A program made the position numbers and the translations under genes. DNA of 33,908 nt. Source: a virus. Its lineage: Duplodnaviria > Caudoviricetes. The notes beneath the pieces are model-generated. The model worked only from the letters and a program-made list of their open reading frames with translations, was not told the DNA's origin and made no database searches. The stretch lies in the IMG/VR virus record IMGVR_UViG_3300038335_000008, positions 1-33,908 of that record; one strand, written 5' to 3'. Below are positions 1 to 7,256 of this stretch, piece by piece. The stretch's first letter is position 1. Each line of letters opens with the position of its first letter.

Positions 1-113
1 TCTGCACCACGCAAGTCTGCACTACTCAAGTCTGCACCACGCAAGTTTGCACCACTCAAGTCTGCACCACGCAAGTCTGCACTACTCAAGTCTGCACCAC
101 GCAAGTTTGCACC
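1..113. repeat. Terminal direct overlap (identical to 33796-33908); circular assembly junction
   Basis: Bases 1-113 match 33796-33908 exactly. The match lies in a tract with 15/60-bp periodicity, so a 53-nt overlap also fits. Confidence 0.85.
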
Positions 114-200
114 ACTCAAGTCTGCACAAACTCCACCATCTTCATTCATTAGCCATTTTTTATGCAATTCTAATACTTTATTTAGTTCTTGTTGTTTCAT
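1..200 (-). CDS. 5' part of pentapeptide-repeat protein (continues across the junction into 33908..33246)
   Basis: ATG at 200 overlaps the upstream stop (ATGA). Reads MKQQELNKVLELHKKWLMNEDGGVCADLSGANLRGADLSS and is in frame with ORF 33246..33899 after joining; about 249 aa in total. Confidence 0.9.
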   Translation of the reverse strand, partial: MKQQELNKVLELHKKWLMNEDGGVCADLSGANLRGADLSSADLRGADLSGANLRGADLSSADLRGA

Positions 201-406
201 GCCATTTTCCTTATTGCCCATAGTACATTCGGGCGGTTGTTCACGACTTCGGGGATGACTGCAATCGTCTTGTACCCCTTGCACGATTGTGTGCGTTGTA
301 ATTCGAGATATGCCGACTGCTCTGCTACTGTCGGACTGTGACCTTGCTTGTAAACACATAGCAACTGTCCTTTGTTTGTTTCGATATAGACGTGATACAG
401 TTTCAT
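197..406 (-). CDS. Hypothetical phage protein (69 aa)
   Basis: GGAGGT RBS before ATG 406 (MKLYHVY); stop coupled to the next gene. Confidence 0.75.
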   Translation of the reverse strand: MKLYHVYIETNKGQLLCVYKQGHSPTVAEQSAYLELQRTQSCKGYKTIAVIPEVVNNRPNVLWAIRKMA

Positions 407-408
407 AT

Positions 409-465
409 TTACCTCCATTTCGGCTCTGGCCAGTTTTCATAATCTTCATCACGAATCGGGTTCAT
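409..465 (-). CDS. Possible 18-aa peptide MNPIRDEDYENWPEPKWR
   Basis: ATGA overlap with the upstream stop; fills the gap between neighbouring genes. Confidence 0.4.
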   Translation of the reverse strand: MNPIRDEDYENWPEPKWR

Positions 466-785
466 TTTTCCTCCATGACGGACTCTAATCCGCCCATTAG
501 TTTTTGCAATCTCTTATCTTTGGCACGGCTCTTCAACGGCCGGATGGTGTTGTTGTACTGCGTGATCAGATGGCTTATCTGCGACTGTAAGAACTGCTCG
601 GCTTCGGTGTCGCTCAACCGGTCGATGTGTACATATTCCCTCTGACCAACGGGTAGCAGGATGACACCTTTCTTCCGCTGCTCTGATATGACTTTTCGGA
701 CTGTGCGTTCGTGCTTTTTACCCCAAGAGTGCGTATAGACTCTGCCGAATATCTCGATTTGTTGCTCGACCTGTTCTCGTATCAT
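462..785 (-). CDS. Hypothetical protein, possibly winged-helix DNA binding
   Basis: Coupled ORF in the early operon; basic helical N-terminal half (ERTVRKVISEQRKKG). Confidence 0.7.
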   Translation of the reverse strand: MIREQVEQQIEIFGRVYTHSWGKKHERTVRKVISEQRKKGVILLPVGQREYVHIDRLSDTEAEQFLQSQISHLITQYNNTIRPLKSRAKDKRLQKLMGGLESVMEEK

Positions 786-1570
786 GTTTTAACCTCAAAC
801 AAACTCACTTGTTTTATCCTTTCGTTCGCTATGTCGCAGTATTCTTTGCTAATCTCAAAACCTATAAATCTTCGGTTGTTCATCAGCGACATTTTGGCAG
901 TAGTGCCACTTCCCATAAATGGGTCAAGTATAATGTCGTTTTCATTTGACCACGATATGATATGATCGTTTGCTAATTGTTCGGGAAATATTGCTGGGTG
1001 TTTATACGCTAATCTGTCAGATGATGAATGATTTCCTGTAAGATAATTCCATATATTCCCAGAAATTTTTTTATCGTTTATGTTTCCTTTTTTATTTTTT
1101 TCTAATAACTCACTACCTGTTTTTCTAATTGTTCCTCCAGATTTCTTACCTTTATTTATGCAATCTTTCATAATTGGTATAAATGTTTTTGGTTTTCCTT
1201 TGCTAAACACAAACATATATTCAAACTCTTGTTCGTATCTATTGTGTGTCAATGGAGGTTTTGAAGAAGAATATATCATCGTGTCATGTAAGTTGAATCC
1301 GATTTCTTTGAAGTACAATGCTTGTCTGAACGATGTTCCTGTTTCACTTCCATTGATTGTTTGGTCGCCCACTATCCAAACCACGACACCACCTTTTTTT
1401 GTCACTCGATACAACTCTTTTGCTATTCCTGTGAAATCAAATTTGAAACCGTTGTAGGTTCTAAGATTGTCATATGGTGGACTTGTCACAGTTAGGTCGA
1501 TACATTCATCGTCAAGTAGTTTTAATCCGTCAAGACAATCCATGTTGTGAATCTTATTCACTTCAATCAT
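782..1570 (-). CDS. Orphan DNA N4-cytosine/N6-adenine methyltransferase (beta class)
   Basis: Motif IV TSPPY near the N-terminus, HPAIFP, and motif I LDPFMGSGTT near the C-terminus. Confidence 0.93.
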   Translation of the reverse strand: MIEVNKIHNMDCLDGLKLLDDECIDLTVTSPPYDNLRTYNGFKFDFTGIAKELYRVTKKGGVVVWIVGDQTINGSETGTSFRQALYFKEIGFNLHDTMIYSSSKPPLTHNRYEQEFEYMFVFSKGKPKTFIPIMKDCINKGKKSGGTIRKTGSELLEKNKKGNINDKKISGNIWNYLTGNHSSSDRLAYKHPAIFPEQLANDHIISWSNENDIILDPFMGSGTTAKMSLMNNRRFIGFEISKEYCDIANERIKQVSLFEVKT

Positions 1571-1698
1571 GATTCGATTTTCTCCATGTTCTCGATCAAT
1601 TCTTCGATTCGTTTCTTCAACTCGGGGTCAGTGGTCAACTTCGCTAAGGTTTTCCAATAATCTATGTTTGATTGGTTTAGTATTTCTTGTGGGTTCAT
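1567..1698 (-). CDS. Small hypothetical protein (43 aa, MNPQEILNQSNIDYWKTLAKL...)
   Basis: TAATG overlap upstream and ATGA overlap downstream; not in the ORF track. Confidence 0.65.
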   Translation of the reverse strand: MNPQEILNQSNIDYWKTLAKLTTDPELKKRIEELIENMEKIES

Positions 1699-1961
1699 TA
1701 TTGTTCGCCTCGGATAGCCCTAGAAAGGCGGTTGTACGACGAGTTTATGCTTTCGACATATTCTGATAAGGTCATCTCTTCTTTCGTGTCCATCGCCTTA
1801 AATCTTGCATACAATCTCAATGCTTGTTCGAGGTTTGCCGGGTATTTCTGCAAGTCGTAGAGTGGATAACCCTTTTTATCGACTTGACCTTTCCATTTAA
1901 TGAGCGAGAAACCCGACCCGCTATCTTCAATAAAATATTCTTCATCTAGTTTAATTTTCAT
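1698..1961 (-). CDS. Hypothetical phage protein (87 aa)
   Basis: Coupled ORF with GGAGG RBS. Confidence 0.75.
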   Translation of the reverse strand: MKIKLDEEYFIEDSGSGFSLIKWKGQVDKKGYPLYDLQKYPANLEQALRLYARFKAMDTKEEMTLSEYVESINSSYNRLSRAIRGEQ

Positions 1962-2143
1962 CGTTCCTCCGGTGTCGGAAATGCTTTATATCCGACGATT
2001 TGATTGACTGCTTTTGTAGGTACTTCCCGTTGCGAGAAGATGGATTTTGACACACATTTTGCGTCTTTGAATATCTTTCTCGCTTGGTAAGTGGATGTTT
2101 GTAGTTGCTCTTTAATTTGGCTGATTGTGACGTAATACTTCAT
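1958..2143 (-). CDS. Small basic winged-helix-like protein, candidate excisionase/RDF
   Basis: 61 aa, MKYYVTISQIKEQLQTSTYQARKIF; size, charge and position in the cro operon fit an Xis-like protein; function is inferred. Confidence 0.55.
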   Translation of the reverse strand: MKYYVTISQIKEQLQTSTYQARKIFKDAKCVSKSIFSQREVPTKAVNQIVGYKAFPTPEER

Positions 2144-2265
2144 AAATCCCTCCACTTATATTTTTGGTTTTTTGTTTTGAGATTCACTTTTTGCTTACCT
2201 TTAACTTTTTTTAACTGTTCAATTTTCGCTTTTATAAAGTTTGGTCTTTTCTTCGCTACTCCCAT
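2140..2265 (-). CDS. Very basic 41-aa protein (MGVAKKRPNFIKAKIEQLKKVKGKQKVNLKTKNQKYKWRDL)
   Basis: ATG directly after the upstream TAA, GAGGAA RBS, ATGA overlap with the next gene. Confidence 0.6.
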   Translation of the reverse strand: MGVAKKRPNFIKAKIEQLKKVKGKQKVNLKTKNQKYKWRDL

Positions 2266-3042
2266 TTATGATTCCTCCTCTGAGTATTTCCATCTGAAAC
2301 CTTTATAAGACGGGTAGTTCCCCCTACAGCAATGCGATATACCTTGATATAAAACTCCGTTGGATTTAGCCGCTGATATGAGTGATGGATATTTTCCTAT
2401 GAATTGATAATCCATGTCATATTGAGAAACAGCCCTGCCATCTTTTTTTGTTCTCTTTTTTTCTTTTTGCAGTTTCGGTTTTTTATTCTTCTTTAAATTG
2501 TGAAAATACTTTTTTGGTTCTTTCCCGAAAGAAAATATGAATCCTTTGTAAGTTTGTTGAGAACCTCTGCAAACTCTACCAATTAAATCTGATCTCATAC
2601 CCATTTTCCTTGATGTTTCCATAATGCTGTTAAATCTAAACAACTCATTCCCATTCAAATCAGATACAATAACTTCTTTCATAAAATTTCTGATGGCGTT
2701 TTTGTGGTTTTCTTTTGCTTCTTCACTTAATTCCCATACACCACCACCAGTAGTAGAGTTGTAACCTTTTTTCATAGAGTCAAACCTCTTGATGTACTCA
2801 GTTTCCTTAATGTTTAATGTTTCAACTAATTCTCTTTGGTTATTAGTTTCCACTCGTTCCACAAGGTCAATCACGAAGTTCTCTCCACCATGTTTTTTTA
2901 AAGCATTAGCGAATTTGTGTTTATGTTTTTTACAATCTTTCAAATGACCATTGAATCGTTTTTCTAATGAAATTCGTGTTTGACCGATATAAATTTTTCC
3001 GTTCACGATATTTGTAATTTTATAAATATACCCAACATTCAC
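2266..3042 (-). CDS. GIY-YIG homing endonuclease with NUMOD1-type DNA-binding repeats
   Basis: GYIYKITNIVNGKIYIGQT...RF...E...GYN; two NUMOD1-like repeats (FNSIMETSR, YPSLISAAK...ISHCCRG...YKGFRWKY); GTG start 7 nt after GGAGGG. Confidence 0.9.
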   Translation of the reverse strand: MNVGYIYKITNIVNGKIYIGQTRISLEKRFNGHLKDCKKHKHKFANALKKHGGENFVIDLVERVETNNQRELVETLNIKETEYIKRFDSMKKGYNSTTGGGVWELSEEAKENHKNAIRNFMKEVIVSDLNGNELFRFNSIMETSRKMGMRSDLIGRVCRGSQQTYKGFIFSFGKEPKKYFHNLKKNKKPKLQKEKKRTKKDGRAVSQYDMDYQFIGKYPSLISAAKSNGVLYQGISHCCRGNYPSYKGFRWKYSEEES

Positions 3043-3057
3043 GATCAATCCCTCCTT

Positions 3058-3076
3058 TGTCCAATGGTATTAGACA
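3058..3076. promoter_or_regulatory. Putative repressor operator O1 TGTCCAA-N5-TTAGACA
   Basis: 19-bp imperfect palindrome matching four other copies around cro/cI. Confidence 0.75.
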
Positions 3077-3092
3077 TTAAGCGTAAAAAAAA

Positions 3093-3293
3093 TTAAAGTA
3101 CGATATTTTGCTCTATGCTGACTCCAAGATATTTGGCGATTCTGATCAATTCATCTGCTCGCCAACTTCGAATGCCACGCTCTTTTGTTGAATATGTCAC
3201 AGGTTTCATCCCCACTGCTTTCGCAAATTCTGCCTGATTCATACCCTTGATGTTACGCCATTGCTTGATTGTAAAGCGATTTTGCTCTGCCAT
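3093..3293 (-). CDS. cro: Cro-like XRE HTH regulator
   Basis: IKQWRNIKGMNQAEFAKAVGM...YSTKERG; divergent from cI and first gene of the lytic operon. Confidence 0.88.
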   Translation of the reverse strand: MAEQNRFTIKQWRNIKGMNQAEFAKAVGMKPVTYSTKERGIRSWRADELIRIAKYLGVSIEQNIVL

Positions 3294-3309
3294 ATGTTCC
3301 CCCTTTCAT

Positions 3310-3328
3310 TGTCCATTGCTACTAGACA
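3310..3328. promoter_or_regulatory. Putative operator O2 TGTCCAT-N5-CTAGACA
   Basis: Same 19-bp motif, located in the cro leader. Confidence 0.75.
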
Positions 3329-3333
3329 ACTCT

Positions 3334-3362
3334 ATCTTAACACATGTTTTGACCAACTACAA
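3334..3362 (-). promoter_or_regulatory. Lytic (cro) sigma-A promoter
   Basis: TTGTAG-17 nt-TAAGAT with extended -10 TG; the -35 lies inside operator O3. Confidence 0.65.
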
Positions 3363-3368
3363 TAGACA
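3350..3368. promoter_or_regulatory. Putative operator O3 TGACCAA-N5-ATAGACA
   Basis: Same 19-bp motif. Confidence 0.7.
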
Positions 3369-3425
3369 AATGTATATTTTTTTTACTTTTTTGCGATGTA
3401 TTTATATACAAACATTGTTGCATAG

Positions 3426-3444
3426 TGTACAATGTAATTGGACA
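3426..3444. promoter_or_regulatory. Putative operator O4 TGTACAA-N5-TTGGACA
   Basis: Same motif; overlaps a TACAAT -10 candidate and abuts the cI RBS AGGAGG. Confidence 0.75.
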
Positions 3445-3460
3445 AGGAGGTTCTTAACTT

Positions 3461-3676
3461 ATGACAACAAACGAGAAAATCGGACTTAAATTGCGTCAAC
3501 TTCGTGAAAGACGTAATTGGTCATTAGAAGATGTAGCGATCAGACTGAAGAAGAGCCGTAAAAGTGTCCATGCCTACGAAAAGGGTTTAGTATCTATCAG
3601 CGTCGACAACCTTGAAGCACTACTGAGAATTTACGGTGTTCGCTTGGGTAAATTTCTTGATGATATAGACGAATAA
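3461..3676 (+). CDS. CI-like XRE HTH repressor (DNA-binding domain only, 71 aa)
   Basis: IGLKLRQLRERRNWSLEDVAIRL...VHAYEKG; same strand as and directly upstream of the integrase. Confidence 0.88.
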   Translation: MTTNEKIGLKLRQLRERRNWSLEDVAIRLKKSRKSVHAYEKGLVSISVDNLEALLRIYGVRLGKFLDDIDE

Positions 3677-3691
3677 TTTTTTTGCTCTCTA

Positions 3692-3710
3692 TGTCCATTA
3701 TGAAAGGACA
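3692..3710. promoter_or_regulatory. Putative operator O5 TGTCCAT-N5-AAGGACA
   Basis: Same motif, between cI and int. Confidence 0.7.
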
Positions 3711-3776
3711 AGGGAAGAAAAGCAAGTGAAATCTGTACAATTAGTATATGTTTCTATTTCACAAAGGAGGTAACAA

Positions 3777-4844
3777 ATGTCAATTCACAAAACCCCAAAA
3801 GGTCACTATTGCTTTCGAGTGTATGTGACCGACAAGACCGGGAATAGAAAAAGCGTGTACCGATCAGACCCATCGTGGACTCGCAAGAAACACGCAGAAA
3901 TTGCTCAAACCGAGTTCTTGCAGAAAAGCCTGCACCCCGAACCGACCACCTTTAACGAGGTCGTCAAGGACTACATGGAAGTGCGAAGTTTGACCGTGAA
4001 GAAGTACACGGCTTACAACATGCAACACCTCATAGAGCGTCATATTTGCCCTGTGTTCGGCAAAATGCGTTTAGACCGTATAACTATCAAAGACATTCAA
4101 ACGTGGCAGAGAACGCTTGTGATGAGTTCCTATAGCGATTCTTTGATTTGTAAGGTACAAAAGTTCTTCAAATCCATCATGCACCACGCTTATTTGCATG
4201 ACTACATTTTGAAAGACCCTTGCAGAACGATGAAGATTGCCAAGAAAGACGAGATACCTTCAAACGATCATCGCCTTTTGTCCCCGGTGGAGTTCAATCA
4301 CTTTCTCTCAGTCGTGGATGATCCGATGTATAAAACGTTCTACATGGTCTTGTATTGGTGCGGCTTGAGGTTTGGCGAAGCTTCGGCATTGACCTTTGAA
4401 GATGTAAACCTTGCTAAGAGTTCTCTGACAGTCAACAAGACCTATAACTACTATTTCAAGGCTTCGTCATCGCCTAAGTCCAAAAACTCGCACAGAACCG
4501 TTGAAATGCCCTTAGCCGTCGCACAACAACTCAATCAGTTACTAAAGATGTATAATGTCCACTATGACCATGACATGACTTGCCGGATATTCCCGATTGC
4601 TACGATCCCCCTTGCACATCGTCGTTTGGATAAATGGGTCGAGTTATCGGGTGTTGAGAGATTCACGCACCATGATCTGCGTCATTCATGCGTCAGTCTA
4701 TTAGCTTCTGCCGGATTCAACGACTTCCAAGCAGCGAAACGCATGGGGCATGACGTGAAAATGTTCAATGAAGTGTACGGTCATCTGTTCGATTCCGACC
4801 AAAAGAAGATGACAAAAGCAATGGATAAAATGGCTAAAAATTAA
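3777..4844 (+). CDS. int: Phage tyrosine integrase
   Basis: N-terminal arm-binding domain, SAM-like core, catalytic R (GLRFGE), K (PKSK), HxxR (HDLRH), H (MGH), Y (VYGH); AAGGAGGT RBS. Confidence 0.96.
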   Translation: MSIHKTPKGHYCFRVYVTDKTGNRKSVYRSDPSWTRKKHAEIAQTEFLQKSLHPEPTTFNEVVKDYMEVRSLTVKKYTAYNMQHLIERHICPVFGKMRLDRITIKDIQTWQRTLVMSSYSDSLICKVQKFFKSIMHHAYLHDYILKDPCRTMKIAKKDEIPSNDHRLLSPVEFNHFLSVVDDPMYKTFYMVLYWCGLRFGEASALTFEDVNLAKSSLTVNKTYNYYFKASSSPKSKNSHRTVEMPLAVAQQLNQLLKMYNVHYDHDMTCRIFPIATIPLAHRRLDKWVELSGVERFTHHDLRHSCVSLLASAGFNDFQAAKRMGHDVKMFNEVYGHLFDSDQKKMTKAMDKMAKN

Positions 4845-4883
4845 TGTTTATGTAATTATTATGTAATGGTGAAACTGAAAAAC

Positions 4884-4915
4884 AAAAAAAGCCCACTAAA
4901 CAGTGGGTTTTCTTT
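4884..4915. terminator. Bidirectional intrinsic terminator after int
   Basis: A-tract, AAGCCCACT-AAAC-AGTGGGTTT, then TCTTT. Confidence 0.8.
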
Positions 4916-4920
4916 AGGTG

Positions 4921-4969
4921 CATATCATCACCCCGATTAATTATAGCATACATATCAAAGCATACGCAA
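4921..4969 (-). promoter_or_regulatory. Sigma-A promoter + RBS + ATG inside attP
   Basis: TTGCGT-18 nt-TATAAT with extended TG, followed by GGGGTGA-TGAT-ATG CAC. Confidence 0.6.
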
Positions 4970-5110
4970 AAAATCGAATGAGTGCTAAAGTATCACTAAA
5001 CAGTGCATTTTTGTGCGTTCGTGATTTTTTCGCAATCAAACCGATTGAATAGTTTTGAGAAAGTTTATGTAATTTTTAAGTAATCCAAAATGTAAAACGA
5101 AACCACGCCA

Positions 5111-5286
5111 AATTGTAAATTCGTCATGTTTGACTTTCAATATAACATTCACTATGTTACATTGTGACATTTAATCTGTTACATCTGGAAAAATTGTCAC
5201 GGTTTACTTTCGTGCACAAATGATGTCCGTTTCTGTGCATGATTATCTGCACCTGTTAATGTGATTATTTAACAGTGTTTGGTGCA
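5111..5286. repeat. Array of overlapping inverted repeats (operator-like)
   Basis: About ten chained dyads, e.g. TAACAT-N5-ATGTTA, TGTGACA-N7-TGTTACA, GTGCA-N8-TGCAC, CTGTTAA-N9-TTAACAG. Confidence 0.6.
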
Positions 5287-5289
5287 AAT

Positions 5290-5314
5290 AAAAAAAGTAG
5301 GGTTTCCCCTACTT
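5290..5314 (-). terminator. Late-operon intrinsic terminator
   Basis: AAGTAGGG-GAAA-CCCTACTT followed by a T-run, overlapping the tailspike stop codon. Confidence 0.85.
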
Positions 5315-6949
5315 GATACTCTCGATATAAACTCTGTTTCTTAAATAATTGTAATGACCTCGAACCAATATAGCCCCTGTGGGTATGGTTAAGTTATTTC
5401 CCGATAAGTCAATGATTGCGTCAAAGTCACTGTTCACAGACAAACTATAAGGTATCTGTGAATAACGGAGAGTGATCAAAAAATCTTTAGAATGGCTTGG
5501 TGGGTTTGTAAACATAAACCCGTTAACTGGGTCGCCCCCACCAAAGACCATGACATAATTATCTCCATATTTTAGATTATAATGAACTTTGCTATCTGTG
5601 ATAACACTTGTCGCAACACTACTGTAATAGTCTGTACTTCCGTCTTTGATAATTTCAACATCCCAATGTGCAGGAATCAATGAAACACTTAAACCGTTGT
5701 TTGATGTTCCGTTAACACCATTTTTGTTTTTCAACGGTGTTATGTAATATTTCTTATCAAAATATCTGACAAACCCTAAACGATATTCGATCCATTCGAT
5801 TAATGTTTCAGAAGCGTTCCCTATCGGATTGTCAATGAATTTGTTTGAGTACATATAAGTATTCACTGTTCCGCAACCTATGAATTGATTAAATCTCGAT
5901 GTGTTAAATTCAAATAAATAATCAGCATTAGGAAGCTCAAATCTGCACGATATAAACTTATTTGATAATGCCGAATTGAAAATGATACCTTTTTTAGCAC
6001 TACCCTCAAATGCAACACCAACAAATGTGTTTTCGTTGATGACTGATGTTCCTTGATTGTCTAATATTAAGTGCGTCGGTGTTAGTGGGTCATTGCTTGG
6101 CATTGATAAACTCCCACTGTAGAATTGATTCTGTGTAATATAACCATCAGAACCTTTGGCAATTCCTAATATATTGACGGCATTAGAACGCATGTAACCT
6201 ATTGTAAAGTTATTATATGTCACACCCGAATAACCAGTCCCATATCTTTCGCCAACAAGTTTCACACCAATGTAATTGTTTAGTATAGATTTGAGATTGA
6301 TTTTCCCATAGAATGAATTCCAAATTTCAACACCGATTGATGTCGCTTGTGTTTCATAGTTCTTGCCCGATACTCTGATGATGTTCAATTCAATATCGAG
6401 TGAATAATGGTTGACGTGATTTGCTCCGAGGTTTCCTTTGGCTTCATCGTTTTTTACCAGTAAAGCAACGTTGCTATGGTCTGCCAAAATATAGCCTTTC
6501 ATCGTCATCTTGATTTCTCTTTTGATTTGCAATGTTCCTGTCGTTAAAAATAAACGTTTAGGAAAGTCAACACTATCTCCGGCTGACATGGAGTTTAGTA
6601 TGTTTTGCAATGCTACGGTGTCGTCTGTTACACCATCGCCAACTGCCGGAGCCAGACCATTGGGAGGATTCAAAACGTTGATTGATCTTGTGTTTATATT
6701 ATTGTTTGATTCTAATAATTCAGAGTTGGTGTCATTCGGTACATTGGCTATTTTGTCAATTTCTGCCAACCTTAAATTGAAATTGGTTTCTGTGTTTTCG
6801 TATCCACTACCGACTGCTTGATCGTAAGCATTTTCCCCATCGAAATAATCAACCCCTTTTATAGGAGTATAACCTGCGTCGCCTTTTTGTCCTTTTCCTC
6901 TTTCGATAACTACGGTTGAAATTGTTTTGTTTGTGATGTTAATTGCCAT
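5309..6949 (-). CDS. Tailspike/depolymerase-like protein (pectate lyase 3-like beta helix)
   Basis: Short Gly-X-Y/YTPIKGVDYF N-terminus, AVGDGVTDDTVALQ motif, Asn-rich beta-helix ladders. Confidence 0.82.
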   Translation of the reverse strand: MAINITNKTISTVVIERGKGQKGDAGYTPIKGVDYFDGENAYDQAVGSGYENTETNFNLRLAEIDKIANVPNDTNSELLESNNNINTRSINVLNPPNGLAPAVGDGVTDDTVALQNILNSMSAGDSVDFPKRLFLTTGTLQIKREIKMTMKGYILADHSNVALLVKNDEAKGNLGANHVNHYSLDIELNIIRVSGKNYETQATSIGVEIWNSFYGKINLKSILNNYIGVKLVGERYGTGYSGVTYNNFTIGYMRSNAVNILGIAKGSDGYITQNQFYSGSLSMPSNDPLTPTHLILDNQGTSVINENTFVGVAFEGSAKKGIIFNSALSNKFISCRFELPNADYLFEFNTSRFNQFIGCGTVNTYMYSNKFIDNPIGNASETLIEWIEYRLGFVRYFDKKYYITPLKNKNGVNGTSNNGLSVSLIPAHWDVEIIKDGSTDYYSSVATSVITDSKVHYNLKYGDNYVMVFGGGDPVNGFMFTNPPSHSKDFLITLRYSQIPYSLSVNSDFDAIIDLSGNNLTIPTGAILVRGHYNYLRNRVYIESIK

Positions 6950-7244
6950 AAGTATAATCCTTTTCGATAATTAACTCGGTTGTTTCACTACTGGAAATAA
7001 CACCATTGTCATTAAATTCAATATCGAAGAAAAGAATCCCGATAGGGAATGCAGAAGTTATAGATGGCGAAAGCGTGAACTCGTATTGACCTAATTCATT
7101 GGTCGGAGTAATTGTGAAAGAAGCAAGTTTCTTTTCCATATGATTTCTGATATGCGATTTGATTGTTCCGCCTGTAATTGGTTGACCTAATTCATCAACT
7201 CGATTGACTAAAAATGTCAATGTATCGCCACGTTTTAGTTTCAT
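6939..7244 (-). CDS. Small BppU-like baseplate/adaptor protein
   Basis: MKLKRGDT...FDIEF...SSET, a beta-sandwich pattern typical before tail fibre genes. Confidence 0.65.
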   Translation of the reverse strand: MKLKRGDTLTFLVNRVDELGQPITGGTIKSHIRNHMEKKLASFTITPTNELGQYEFTLSPSITSAFPIGILFFDIEFNDNGVISSSETTELIIEKDYTYGN

Positions 7245-7256
7245 GTTCTTTCCTCC

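Larger units (their letters stand above)
4846..5084. other. attP region
   Basis: Non-coding DNA after int. Flanked by 22-bp direct repeats GTTTATGTAATTATTATGTAAT (4846-4867) and GTTTATGTAATTTTTAAGTAAT (5063-5084), 20/22 identical and arm-site-like. CACTAAACAGTG occurs at 4894 and 4994. Confidence 0.75.

Noticed and set aside
1-128. Tandem repeats at both ends as a CRISPR array or physical terminal repeats
   Set aside because: They are 15-bp in-frame coding units with no unique spacers; the end identity is best explained as assembly overlap, and packaging looks cos-type.
4846-4867. TTATGTAA as the XerD arm of a dif site
   Set aside because: It occurs as tandem direct repeats without a XerC arm at 6-bp spacing, and the phage encodes its own integrase.
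5154-5170. parS site
   Set aside because: TGTTACATTGTGACA is 15 bp and lacks the CACGTG centre of the 16-bp parS consensus; no parAB genes are present.
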